From: a virus
Length of the DNA: 39,387 nucleotides
Reading direction: 5' to 3' (one strand)
Virus record (IMG/VR): IMGVR_UViG_3300045988_050620
Location: 1 to 39,387 of that record
Position numbers and translations under genes: made by a program. Position 1 is the stretch's first letter; the number at the start of each line of letters is the position of its first letter. This document shows, piece by piece, positions 16,371-24,893 of this stretch. The notes beneath the pieces were generated by a model. The model did no database searches, was not told the DNA's origin, and saw only the letters and a list, made by a program, of their open reading frames with translations.

Positions 16371-16475
16371 ATGCCGAAACCGTTAAAAGATTATACTGGC
16401 CGGTGCGGTTCGTGCAGCCACTTTTCTTTAAAAAATAAGAGCCGGACACTGCAATGCCCAGCTCATGAGTGCTAA
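16371..16475 (+). CDS. Possible 34-aa CxxC...CxxxxC peptide
   Basis: AGGAG lies 7 nt upstream of the ATG. Sequence MPKPLKDYTGRCGSCSHFSLKNKSRTLQCPAHEC. Too short to be sure. Confidence 0.4.
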   Translation: MPKPLKDYTGRCGSCSHFSLKNKSRTLQCPAHEC

Positions 16476-16541
16476 GACTCTCAACCTATTGTCATTATAG
16501 CACTCGCGCACACCGTAGTAAAGACTAATTGGAGGGCTATT

Positions 16542-17540
16542 ATGACAAAGGGAGAATTTACAAACAACTTAATATACGACATGGCTGGTTATCTGGATGC
16601 CGAGGGGACAGAGAGATTAAAGATGGCACTTGCGTATCGCATGAAAGGTTTTCATTTGGCGCCGGATGAAACATTACCGGCTACGGATGTAAGGGACAAT
16701 GAGTGGATTCTTGGACGATATCACGTTGATCTGATCGCAGTCGGCAGGAAAGAGAAAACGATTGAAATGTACCTGTACACATTAAAGAAATTCTTTAATG
16801 AAACCGGACTTCATTATGCCGTTATGACCGGACAGGACGTAATGGATTATATTGCCATAAGGCAGTATCGGGACAAGATCTCGAAGTCATACGCCGGAAA
16901 TATTCAGAAATGTTTATCCGCATTTGTCAAGTGGGCGTACCGGAAACACCATATCGACAAGGACATATACTGGGATATTGACAAGATCAAAATCCCGCAG
17001 AAGCGCAAGAAACGGCTTTCAGACTATGAGGTATCTAAGTGTAAAAATACGCTGAAAACCTTGCGCGAAAAGGCATTGTTGGAACTGATGCTTAGTGCCG
17101 GTCCTCGTGTGGGAGAGATCTGTAACTTAAAAATCGAGAATCTGGATTTTGAACGTGGCGAAATTCAGATTTACGGAGAAAAGAACAGTAAATGGCGTAC
17201 TTGCTTTATGACACCGGATTGCAGGGTTGCTTTAGAGCAGTATATAAACGACAGAGCGGAAGGTTATGTATTTTTAAATAGCCGGAATGTGGAAACGGGA
17301 AAACCATTATGCAAAGCAACAATCGAAGAAATCGCAAAAGAGATCGCAGCACGTGCCGGATGCCGGAATGTGGCTACGGTGCACGTATACCGAAAAACAT
17401 TTGCAAGCCGGGAGTATCAACGAACGAAAGATATTTTATATGTATCGCACAGACTGGGGCATGCAAACACAGCAGTCACGGAAAAATATTACATCTGTGA
17501 CGACATTTTAGCAGATCGTAAGATGGCAAACGTTGCTTAG
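16542..17540 (+). CDS. Second tyrosine recombinase (XerC/D-like, SAM-like N-terminal domain)
   Basis: GPRVGEICNL (Arg), HVYRKTFAS (His-x-x-Arg), LGHANTAVTEKYY (His...Tyr). RBS TTGGAGGG. Confidence 0.9.
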   Translation: MTKGEFTNNLIYDMAGYLDAEGTERLKMALAYRMKGFHLAPDETLPATDVRDNEWILGRYHVDLIAVGRKEKTIEMYLYTLKKFFNETGLHYAVMTGQDVMDYIAIRQYRDKISKSYAGNIQKCLSAFVKWAYRKHHIDKDIYWDIDKIKIPQKRKKRLSDYEVSKCKNTLKTLREKALLELMLSAGPRVGEICNLKIENLDFERGEIQIYGEKNSKWRTCFMTPDCRVALEQYINDRAEGYVFLNSRNVETGKPLCKATIEEIAKEIAARAGCRNVATVHVYRKTFASREYQRTKDILYVSHRLGHANTAVTEKYYICDDILADRKMANVA

Positions 17541-17562
17541 TTATGTAAAGGGGGAATGTTTA

Positions 17563-17799
17563 GTGGACGAAAAAGAAATATACGAGATCTGCCAGAGTGT
17601 AGATGCATTTATTGCGGACTATCTGGCAGAATCCATTGTTAAGGGGACAAGCTATGATCTTATGGAAGCACACCACGGCATTCTTCCAATATCTCGAAAT
17701 TGTTTCTACCGCCGCCGCAGGATCGTACAGCGGATCATTAAGCAGAGGTTAGGGCGGATCGAAGAGGAACAGAGCGGCCAGATGCGGATGGTGTGGTAA
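17563..17799 (+). CDS. Small putative transcription regulator (C-terminal HTH like ArpU/RinA/sigma region 4)
   Basis: GTG follows AAAGGGGGA. The C-terminal ILPISRNCFYRRRRIVQRIIKQ resembles the ...ISRSTYYR... tails of phage late activators. It sits upstream of terS. Confidence 0.5.
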   Translation: MDEKEIYEICQSVDAFIADYLAESIVKGTSYDLMEAHHGILPISRNCFYRRRRIVQRIIKQRLGRIEEEQSGQMRMVW

Positions 17800-17809
17800 A
17801 AATTTCCAT

Positions 17810-17838
17810 TTGACATAATCGAACACATGTTTTATCAT
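17810..17838 (+). promoter_or_regulatory. Sigma-70-type promoter with an embedded SOS (Cheo)-box-like site
   Basis: TTGACA, 17 nt spacer, TATCAT. The spacer holds CGAACACATGTTTT (17820..17833), compared with the consensus CGAAC-N4-GTTCG. Confidence 0.65.
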
Positions 17839-17860
17839 TAAGCATATAAGGAGGTAGCAA

Positions 17861-18115
17861 ATGGGAGAAAAGCCAAACAACGAGCTTACGGATAAAGAAA
17901 GAGAAATGTATGAGTATATTGTGAAGCACATGGAAGAAAATTTAATTTCTCCATCTTTTCAAGAAATCTGTAAAGGAGTAAACACAAAATCAAAGTCATG
18001 TGTGCATTATAGGCTTAAAAAGTTAATGGAAAAAGGCTATATAACTCTGCGAGAAGGGGAACCAAGAACAATTCGCCCAATTGGGTATAAATTAGTAAAA
18101 GAAAGCGAGGAGTAA
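17861..18115 (+). CDS. LexA N-terminal DNA-binding domain homologue lacking the S24 peptidase domain
   Basis: LTDKEREMYEYIVKHMEENLISPSFQEICKGVNTKSKSCVHYRLKKLMEKGYITLREGEPRTIRP aligns by eye with the Bacillus LexA winged helix (LS.RQ...PS.REI...S.S.VH.HL..LE.KG.I.R...PRAI). The protein is only 84 aa. Confidence 0.8.
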   Translation: MGEKPNNELTDKEREMYEYIVKHMEENLISPSFQEICKGVNTKSKSCVHYRLKKLMEKGYITLREGEPRTIRPIGYKLVKESEE

Positions 18116-18118
18116 AGA

Positions 18119-18469
18119 ATGTATACAAAGTTGTTGTCAGTAATTGCCATTATAGAAATAATGTGGGGAACAATATTTTCGGTATTATGTGTACTGAAAA
18201 TGACATTAGCTGATATTAAAATATCAGGTAAACTGGGAGGAATTGGAGGAGGACAAGAAGCCAATCTTGCACAAAGACACTATGCGCGATGCGGAATTTT
18301 GTACATAGTTTTTGGAAGCCTGCTGCAAATATATATGGTGTTTGCTGGAGACATAACAAGGGCTTCATTTTGGATAGCCACTGCAATTGCGGTTATTATA
18401 CCTTCTGTATTCGCGGTATGGAGCACAAGAAGATATTTGAATCAACTGAAGAATGATATTAAACATTAA
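18119..18469 (+). CDS. Membrane protein with 3 transmembrane helices, co-transcribed with the LexA-like gene
   Basis: 3-nt gap and a GAGGAG RBS. There are three hydrophobic helices. A terminator follows. Confidence 0.8.
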   Translation: MYTKLLSVIAIIEIMWGTIFSVLCVLKMTLADIKISGKLGGIGGGQEANLAQRHYARCGILYIVFGSLLQIYMVFAGDITRASFWIATAIAVIIPSVFAVWSTRRYLNQLKNDIKH

Positions 18470-18480
18470 GATACTTTGAG

Positions 18481-18509
18481 AAGAGAGGAAAAACAACCTC
18501 TCTTTTTTC
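18481..18509 (+). terminator. Rho-independent terminator
   Basis: AAGAGAGG, loop AAAAACAA, CCTCTCTT, then TTTTCA. Confidence 0.8.
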
Positions 18510-18515
18510 ATGCCC

Positions 18516-18553
18516 TAAATTGGTACAAATCCTCTGAAAACCTGCTTTATAAT
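18516..18553 (+). promoter_or_regulatory. Late-promoter-like motif copy 1 (upstream of terS)
   Basis: TAAATTGGTACAAAT, 17 nt spacer, TATAAT. Confidence 0.65.
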
Positions 18554-18602
18554 TATGGTATGAGGTTAGAAATGTACCATTTGGCAGAGAAGAGGTGAGA
18601 TA

Positions 18603-19448
18603 GTGGAGAATTATGAGAGAGCAGAACAGGACTACATGGGCGGTATGAAGTACAAAGATATAGCAGAGAAGTACGGAACCACTATCAACACTGTTAAGAG
18701 CTGGAAGAAACGGTATGGGTGGAATCGGAAAGAGGGTGCGCCCAAAAGTAAAAAGGTGTGCACACAAAAAGGCAAGGGTGCACCCAAGGCGGTAGCGCCT
18801 ATAGATGATGGTACAAAAGAAACATTACAGAATAATGAACTCACACCGGAACAGCAGATGTTTTGCATATATTACAGCCGGACATTTAATGCAACCCAAA
18901 GCTATTTGAATGCCTATGGGTGCAGCTATGAAGTGGCGAATGCGAAAGGACCTCTATTGGTAGTGAAAGATAGTATTCACCGAGAAATAGAACGTTTGAA
19001 AGAAATCAAGCGCCAGCAGATAGTTGCTGGAACTGACGATATTGTGGAACTACAGATGCGTATTGCTTTTGCAGATATTGGAAACTATATGTCATTCGGG
19101 CAGAAAGAGATTGAGGATCCAGAGACAGGTATTGAATATATGATTAGCACTGTTGATCTGAAAGAATCAACGAACACAGATACACAGATTATCCAAGAGG
19201 TTAAGCGTGGAAAAGATGGTGTATCTATCAAGCTGGCAGACAGACAAAAGGCAATTGATTGGCTTACGATGTTCTTCGAGATGAATCCGACGGATAAGCA
19301 CCGGAAAGAATTTGATAAGCACAAGCTTGATCTGGAACTGCTTAAGCTGGAGATGCAAGCTAAAGAGAGTGCAGACGATACACCAGAGCAGGACAACTTC
19401 TTGGATGCGCTGAATGAATCAGCAAAGGAAGCGTGGTCAGATGATTGA
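18603..19448 (+). CDS. terS: Terminase small subunit
   Basis: N-terminal HTH YKDIAEKYGTTINTVKSWKKRYGW, then LTPEQQMFCIYY..NATQSYLNAY (Terminase_2-like). Directly upstream of terL. Confidence 0.88.
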   Translation: MENYERAEQDYMGGMKYKDIAEKYGTTINTVKSWKKRYGWNRKEGAPKSKKVCTQKGKGAPKAVAPIDDGTKETLQNNELTPEQQMFCIYYSRTFNATQSYLNAYGCSYEVANAKGPLLVVKDSIHREIERLKEIKRQQIVAGTDDIVELQMRIAFADIGNYMSFGQKEIEDPETGIEYMISTVDLKESTNTDTQIIQEVKRGKDGVSIKLADRQKAIDWLTMFFEMNPTDKHRKEFDKHKLDLELLKLEMQAKESADDTPEQDNFLDALNESAKEAWSDD

Positions 19449-20784
19449 TTGGACAGATTTTGACCGGCGGGTGCACAAGCTAAAAGAAAATGTGATGAAA
19501 AATGCCATCCGAATGAAGCAGAAGTATAAGCAGAACGGATTTACGTTTAAGCCATTTTCGAAGAAACAAAAGCAAGTTCTTACTTGGTGGTGCGAAGATT
19601 CACCGGTTAAAGATAAGGATGGAATCATAGCAGATGGTGCAATCCGAAGCGGTAAGACATTGTGCATGTCGTTAAGTTTTGTTCTGTGGGCGATGAGTAC
19701 ATTTAATATGCAGAACCTTGGCATGGCAGGAAAGACAATCGGATCATTTCGGCGAAATGTTCTGTTCTGGTTGAAACTCATGTTGAAGAGCCGGGGATAC
19801 AAGGTCGCAGACCATCGTTCTGACAATATGGTAGAGATATCCAAGGGCGATACAGTCAACTTTTTTTATATCTTCGGCGGTAAGGATGAACGGTCGCAGG
19901 ATCTGATTCAGGGTATCACGCTTGCCGGGATGTTCTTCGATGAAGTTGCGCTGATGCCGGAGTCATTTGTCAATCAGGCAACTGGACGATGCTCTGTAGA
20001 TGGTTCTAAGTTTTGGTTTAACTGTAACCCGGATTCTCCTAGCCATTGGTTCAAACTGAATTGGATTGATAAGGCTGATGAAAAGAAGCTGATCTATCTT
20101 CATTTTACGATGGATGATAACTTGTCTCTGTCGGAGAGAATCAAGGAAAGATATAGGGCAATGTATAGCGGCGTGTTCTATGATCGCTTCATCCTTGGCT
20201 TATGGGTGATTGCAGAAGGATTGGTCTATGGTATGTTCGACAAGGAAAGGAACATCTTTCATGGAGAGTATGCGTATAGCTCACAGTCGTCTTATTACCT
20301 ATCCATCGATTACGGAACTATGAACCCATTCGCGGTAGGCCTGATGGAACTGCAGAATAGCGGAAGGGTGCGGATGCTCCGGGAAGATCATTACTCAGGC
20401 AGAGAAACCGGAGTGACCATAGATAATGAAGCATATTACAAGATGATCCAGGAGGTGGCGGGGGATTTCCCAATCACATCCATTGTCATTGATCCGTCAG
20501 CTGCAGCTATGAAAGCGACAATCCGGAAGTATGGAGAGTTTACCTGCACAGACGGCAACAATGATGTGCTGAATGGGATTCAAGAGGTAACGAAGTATTT
20601 GAATCTCGGTATGCTCCAGATACATGAGAGTTGCACCGAGACGCAGAAAGAGTTTGGCGCGTATGCATGGGATGAAAAGGTAGTAGGAGAGGATCGAGTG
20701 ATTAAGGAATACGATCACCACATGGATCTTATCAGATATTTTATTTATACAGTAGCGCGCAGATATAACAGAGGACTTATATAA
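19441..20784 (+). CDS. terL: Terminase large subunit
   Basis: Walker A GAIRSGKT and Walker B MFFDEV, with a C-terminal nuclease region. ATG 19441 overlaps the terS stop and has an AAGGAAG RBS. Confidence 0.93.
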   Translation: MIDWTDFDRRVHKLKENVMKNAIRMKQKYKQNGFTFKPFSKKQKQVLTWWCEDSPVKDKDGIIADGAIRSGKTLCMSLSFVLWAMSTFNMQNLGMAGKTIGSFRRNVLFWLKLMLKSRGYKVADHRSDNMVEISKGDTVNFFYIFGGKDERSQDLIQGITLAGMFFDEVALMPESFVNQATGRCSVDGSKFWFNCNPDSPSHWFKLNWIDKADEKKLIYLHFTMDDNLSLSERIKERYRAMYSGVFYDRFILGLWVIAEGLVYGMFDKERNIFHGEYAYSSQSSYYLSIDYGTMNPFAVGLMELQNSGRVRMLREDHYSGRETGVTIDNEAYYKMIQEVAGDFPITSIVIDPSAAAMKATIRKYGEFTCTDGNNDVLNGIQEVTKYLNLGMLQIHESCTETQKEFGAYAWDEKVVGEDRVIKEYDHHMDLIRYFIYTVARRYNRGLI

Positions 20785-20795
20785 GGCGGTGAAAT

Positions 20796-22247
20796 ATGGG
20801 ATTATTAGCAGCAATTAAAGGATTAGTGAGTAGAATGTTCCAATCAGAGATGCAGGACCAGTTCCATGTGACTGGTATTACATCCGGTGATATGCAGAAA
20901 GCAATACAGAATTGGATGCTGATCTATAAAGGAGAGCCGGATTGGGTAGACCCAGAAGAGGGTATCAGGACAATTAAATTTGCAAAGTTTGTGTGTGAGG
21001 AAATCGCACGCCTTGCTACGCTTGCTATAGATGTGACGTTTGATGGAACAAGGAAAGAGTATATGACACAGTTCTGGGAGAAATCTGTACATGATCATAT
21101 CCGGGAGTGGACGGGCACCATGTGTGAATGTGGAACGGTCATTCTTAAACCGAATGGTGTTGGTGTGGACATTGTAACGCCAGACCGATTTGAGATCACA
21201 GAGCTAGATGGAAACCACAATATAACCGGTATTGTATTCCAAGATGATTACCAGGAGGGCAAAGAGCATTACACTAAGCTGGAATATCACAGATTCTTTA
21301 ATGTAAAGGTACGTATGACAGATGAAGAGAAGTATACAGATAAAACGTTTTATTCCATCTCGAATAGAGCATTTGTGTCGGAAAATTCCGGGGAACTTGG
21401 AAAACCTGTTGATCTGACCATGACAAAGTGGTCTGCTTTGCAGCCGGATGTGCATATAACAAAGAAGAGCGGAGACCAGATTGACTCGATGCTGTTTGGA
21501 CTGTTCCGGATGCCATCTACAAATGATGTGGATCCAAAAAGCCCGCTTGGATTATCAGCATTTGCAGATGCTATTGAGGAGTTAAAAGATTTGGATATAG
21601 CATACAGCCGGAATGCAGAAGAAATCTTCGACAGTAGGCGATTGGTAATGGTGGACGATCGGTTGGTACAGAAGCCGGCATACAGGGATGAAAAGGGTGT
21701 GACTGTAAGACCAAAAGTGAAGCTGCCTAAGTTTTTTAGAGCAATGTCCGGGATGGACGCGGAAGAAACATACCACGAAGTCAACCCTCAGCTCAATACA
21801 GATGTAAGAAAAAGTGGAATCAATCAGCAGCTATCCCTTACCGGAGTAAAGTGTGGATTCTCAAACGGTTATTTTGTTATAGATGAAAAAACAGGAATGA
21901 TAACAGCAACACAGGTGGAGTCAGATGATAGACGAACTATTCAGCTCATTAAAGACGTACGGGATGCAATGCAGGACTGCCTTGATGATTTGTTCTATGC
22001 GCAATCTGTATTTGCGGATTTGTACGGTCTTGCACCGGTTGGTGATTATGAGCCACAGTATGACTTCGGGGACATTACATACAATGAGGAAGAGGACAGA
22101 ATGAGAAACCTCACACTCGCCAACTCCGGATATATTCCAAAGTGGCAGTATTTGGTCAGATTCGAAGGGTATTCAGAGGAAGATGCAAAGGCGGCTGTTG
22201 CAGAAGCAAGCGGATCACAAGAAAAAGGATTATTCAACGAGGAATAG
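20796..22247 (+). CDS. Portal protein (SPP1 gp6-like)
   Basis: 483 aa, immediately after terL, with an acidic C-terminus. Confidence 0.88.
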   Translation: MGLLAAIKGLVSRMFQSEMQDQFHVTGITSGDMQKAIQNWMLIYKGEPDWVDPEEGIRTIKFAKFVCEEIARLATLAIDVTFDGTRKEYMTQFWEKSVHDHIREWTGTMCECGTVILKPNGVGVDIVTPDRFEITELDGNHNITGIVFQDDYQEGKEHYTKLEYHRFFNVKVRMTDEEKYTDKTFYSISNRAFVSENSGELGKPVDLTMTKWSALQPDVHITKKSGDQIDSMLFGLFRMPSTNDVDPKSPLGLSAFADAIEELKDLDIAYSRNAEEIFDSRRLVMVDDRLVQKPAYRDEKGVTVRPKVKLPKFFRAMSGMDAEETYHEVNPQLNTDVRKSGINQQLSLTGVKCGFSNGYFVIDEKTGMITATQVESDDRRTIQLIKDVRDAMQDCLDDLFYAQSVFADLYGLAPVGDYEPQYDFGDITYNEEEDRMRNLTLANSGYIPKWQYLVRFEGYSEEDAKAAVAEASGSQEKGLFNEE

Positions 22248-22249
22248 AC

Positions 22250-22657
22250 ATGCAGTATAACCAAACTGTGGGATGCGCAGATATCCACATAGACACCAAA
22301 AGAATAGATAATAATATACGGAATGCACAGAAACTGTTGAATATGCAGGTGGTTGCAGACTGTGACGAGTACATACCAATGGCGCAGGGAGCCTTGCGTG
22401 GATCGGCAAATTATCCAGATGGAATATATGGCGGACAGGTGGCATGGAATACCACATATGCACATTACCAGTATATGGGCGAATTGTATCTGACAGAAGA
22501 CGGTCGATCTTTTGCGAATAAAGGCGAGAGAAAATACCCTACAGGGATGCCACTTCAACATACTCCTGGAACTACAGACCATTGGTTCGAGCGGGCGAAG
22601 GAAACACACGGAAAACAATGGCTTGAACTGGTAAAACGAGAGGCAGGAAAAGGATAG
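22250..22657 (+). CDS. Minor capsid / head-associated protein
   Basis: ATG 22250 lies 2 nt after the portal stop. 135 aa with YAHYQYMGE...TDHWFERAK. Confidence 0.7.
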   Translation: MQYNQTVGCADIHIDTKRIDNNIRNAQKLLNMQVVADCDEYIPMAQGALRGSANYPDGIYGGQVAWNTTYAHYQYMGELYLTEDGRSFANKGERKYPTGMPLQHTPGTTDHWFERAKETHGKQWLELVKREAGKG

Positions 22658-23899
22658 ATGCTTACACCAGATTACTTTTATGGAAAATCTGACAAGTTAA
22701 TAGAGATGTACCAGGAGTTGGAAGATTGGATACTACATGACATTGCCATGCGTTTGGTGGAATCCGAGAGCCTATCCGGAACCGCAGACCGCGAACTGTG
22801 GAAACTTCAGCAGATGGGATTGCACCGGCAGGAGATTGTAAAACGCATTTCGGAGTTGACAGGCAAGAGCCGGAATGAAGTGCGCCGGTTGTTGCGAGAG
22901 AGTGTGCTCACTTCATTTTCGGACGATAAGGGTGTACTTGAAGGGCTGGCAGATGTACAACCGCCGTTGCAGAATAACATGGTGATTGCTGCAATGAATG
23001 CTGAACTGATGAAGACATTCGGAGAGTTGAGCAATCTTACAAACACAACCATAGACCAATCGCAACGGGATCTGCTGAACCTTCTGAACGAAGTAGATTT
23101 TCGTGTGGCGAGTGGGTTGCAGTCCTACAGTAGTGCTATATGCGAGGTATTGGATCGGTATGCAGAAAACGGTATGCGTGTGGATTATCCAACCGGTTCC
23201 TGGAGATCGTTGGAAGCAGCTGTTCGCTGTTGCATAGTGACTTCGATGAATCAGACAGCCGCACAGGTTACAAATAAGTATATTGTGGAAGCTGGGGCAG
23301 AATATGTTCTGGTGTCCGCGCATATGGGTGCACGGCATGACAAGAATAACCCTACAGGATTGCAGTCTCACGATTGGTGGCAAGGAAAAATATACAAGAT
23401 TCGTGGTTCTGATACGGATACACCGAATCTTCTCGAATCTACCGGATATGATATAGATCCGCAGACCGGAGAGGGACATGTGGTTAATCCTCTGGGATTG
23501 CATGGATATAATTGCCGGCACTCACACAAACCGTGGGATAAGTCTTTGCGAAATCCATATGTGGATGCAGACGGAAACCCCAAAATTGATGTGCATGAGA
23601 GCCAGCAGCTATATGATCTTCAGCAACAGCAAAGGGCAATGGAGCGCGCTATCCGAAAAACAAAACGGCAGTTACTTGTGAAAGAACAGGAGCTGAAAGC
23701 GTTTCCTGATGATGAGAACATCCGTGGAGATTATGATAAGCTGGCATACAGACTCCGGATGCAGAACCGGAAGTATGGAGAATTCTGTGCAGAGAATGAC
23801 TTGCAACGGCAGAGCGACCGCTTAAAGGTTGCCGGATTTAAAAAGTCGCAGGCAGCCAAGGCAAACGGCAGAGCCACGGCATATGCAAACACACTTTAA
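22658..23899 (+). CDS. Head morphogenesis protein (SPP1 gp7 / Mu F-like minor capsid protein)
   Basis: 413 aa, after the portal. The N-terminal LIEMYQELEDWILHDIAMRL matches the minor capsid protein 2 type. Confidence 0.8.
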   Translation: MLTPDYFYGKSDKLIEMYQELEDWILHDIAMRLVESESLSGTADRELWKLQQMGLHRQEIVKRISELTGKSRNEVRRLLRESVLTSFSDDKGVLEGLADVQPPLQNNMVIAAMNAELMKTFGELSNLTNTTIDQSQRDLLNLLNEVDFRVASGLQSYSSAICEVLDRYAENGMRVDYPTGSWRSLEAAVRCCIVTSMNQTAAQVTNKYIVEAGAEYVLVSAHMGARHDKNNPTGLQSHDWWQGKIYKIRGSDTDTPNLLESTGYDIDPQTGEGHVVNPLGLHGYNCRHSHKPWDKSLRNPYVDADGNPKIDVHESQQLYDLQQQQRAMERAIRKTKRQLLVKEQELKAFPDDENIRGDYDKLAYRLRMQNRKYGEFCAENDLQRQSDRLKVAGFKKSQAAKANGRATAYANTL

Positions 23900-23934
23900 A
23901 TTGGTACAAATATTCGGAGGAAATGTAGTAATAT
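23897..23934 (+). promoter_or_regulatory. Late-promoter-like motif copy 2
   Basis: TAAATTGGTACAAAT, 17 nt spacer, TAATAT. It overlaps the upstream stop codon. Confidence 0.55.
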
Positions 23935-23990
23935 AATATTGCAGATGTTTTCTAACCATTTGTGAACCTCCTTTTTATTCATAATCGTGG

Positions 23991-24019
23991 AAAGTGCCTT
24001 GAAATATAGGCACTTTTTT
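23991..24019 (+). terminator. Rho-independent terminator about 55-60 nt downstream of motif copy 2's -10
   Basis: AAAGTGCCT, loop TGAAATAT, AGGCACTTT, then TTTG. Confidence 0.75.
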
Positions 24020-24027
24020 GTATGCTC

Positions 24028-24065
24028 AAAATTGGTACAAATCTTTAATAATTCCATGATAAAAT
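24028..24065 (+). promoter_or_regulatory. Late-promoter-like motif copy 3
   Basis: AAAATTGGTACAAAT, 17 nt spacer, TAAAAT (preceded by TGA, i.e. extended -10-like). Confidence 0.6.
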
Positions 24066-24145
24066 TGTATTAACAAGTGAAAAGCACCGGACGGAGCGCA
24101 GGAATCCGTTCGCTACCCTACAAAAATTATAGGATTGTCGATATG

Positions 24146-24184
24146 GCACGTCCTGTTTGGGGCGTGCTTTTTTATTTGTTTTTT
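24146..24184 (+). terminator. Strong rho-independent terminator inside the leader upstream of the scaffold gene
   Basis: GCACGTCC, loop TGTTTG, GGGCGTGC (8 bp including one G-U pair), then TTTTTTATTTGTTTTTT. Confidence 0.8.
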
Positions 24185-24262
24185 GCCAGCTATGGAGTAA
24201 ATAGCAACTCACTTGTGCCGGACTGACCGGAGCAACAACTTGGAAAGAGAGAGGTAAGAGAC

Positions 24263-24874
24263 ATGGTAAAGATTATCAGCGAGTTGGAAAAAATTGGGTT
24301 TGAGATCACGGACGAACAGAAGGAATCTATCAAGAAGAGTATTGGTGAGGAATTGTATTCCAAGCAGGAACTTGATAAGAAGATCTCGAAAGTTGAAACC
24401 GAGCGTGACAACTACAAAAAGCGCGCAGATACCGCGGAGGACACCTTGAAAGGGTTCGAGGGCAAAGATTTTGACGAAATCACGAAAGATCGTGACGAGT
24501 GGAAAAGAAAAGCGGAACAGGCAGAAAAAGATTTCAATGCCAAAATTGCCGAGCGCGATAAAAACGATTTGTTGGAAAAGGCTTTCAAGGATATTAAATT
24601 TTCTTCTGAATCTGCAAAGAAAGCTGTTATGGCAGACATTGCAGCAAGCGTGACGGTGAAGGACGGGAAACTGATCGGTTTTAATGATTTGCTGGATGAA
24701 GCAAAAAAGAATGATGCAGGCGCATTTATTGACGAGCAGAGCCGGCAGAGCGATCAGAATCAGGCAACATTTACTACACCGATGGGAAGTGGTACTCATA
24801 CCGAGCCGATTACTGGTGATCCGAATAAGATGGATTTTGCTACGTACAAGAAGTGGCGTGAGCAGAATCAGTAA
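24263..24874 (+). CDS. Scaffolding protein (GP20-like)
   Basis: K/E-rich coiled coil, 203 aa, directly upstream of the major capsid gene. Confidence 0.85.
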   Translation: MVKIISELEKIGFEITDEQKESIKKSIGEELYSKQELDKKISKVETERDNYKKRADTAEDTLKGFEGKDFDEITKDRDEWKRKAEQAEKDFNAKIAERDKNDLLEKAFKDIKFSSESAKKAVMADIAASVTVKDGKLIGFNDLLDEAKKNDAGAFIDEQSRQSDQNQATFTTPMGSGTHTEPITGDPNKMDFATYKKWREQNQ

Positions 24875-24893
24875 TTTTTTGAGGAGGAATATT

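Noticed and set aside
23819-23959. Minus-strand 46-codon Cys-rich ORF (MVRKHLQYYITTFPPNICTNLKCVCICRGSAVCLGCLRLFKSGNL) with a perfect AAGGAGG 7 nt upstream of its ATG.
   Set aside because: It runs antisense through late-promoter motif copy 2 and 81 nt of the clearly coding 22658..23899 gene. I saw no convincing minus-strand promoter. The AAGGAGG is equally explained as the complement of a CCUCC stretch in the plus-strand leader. Left as a curiosity, not a call.
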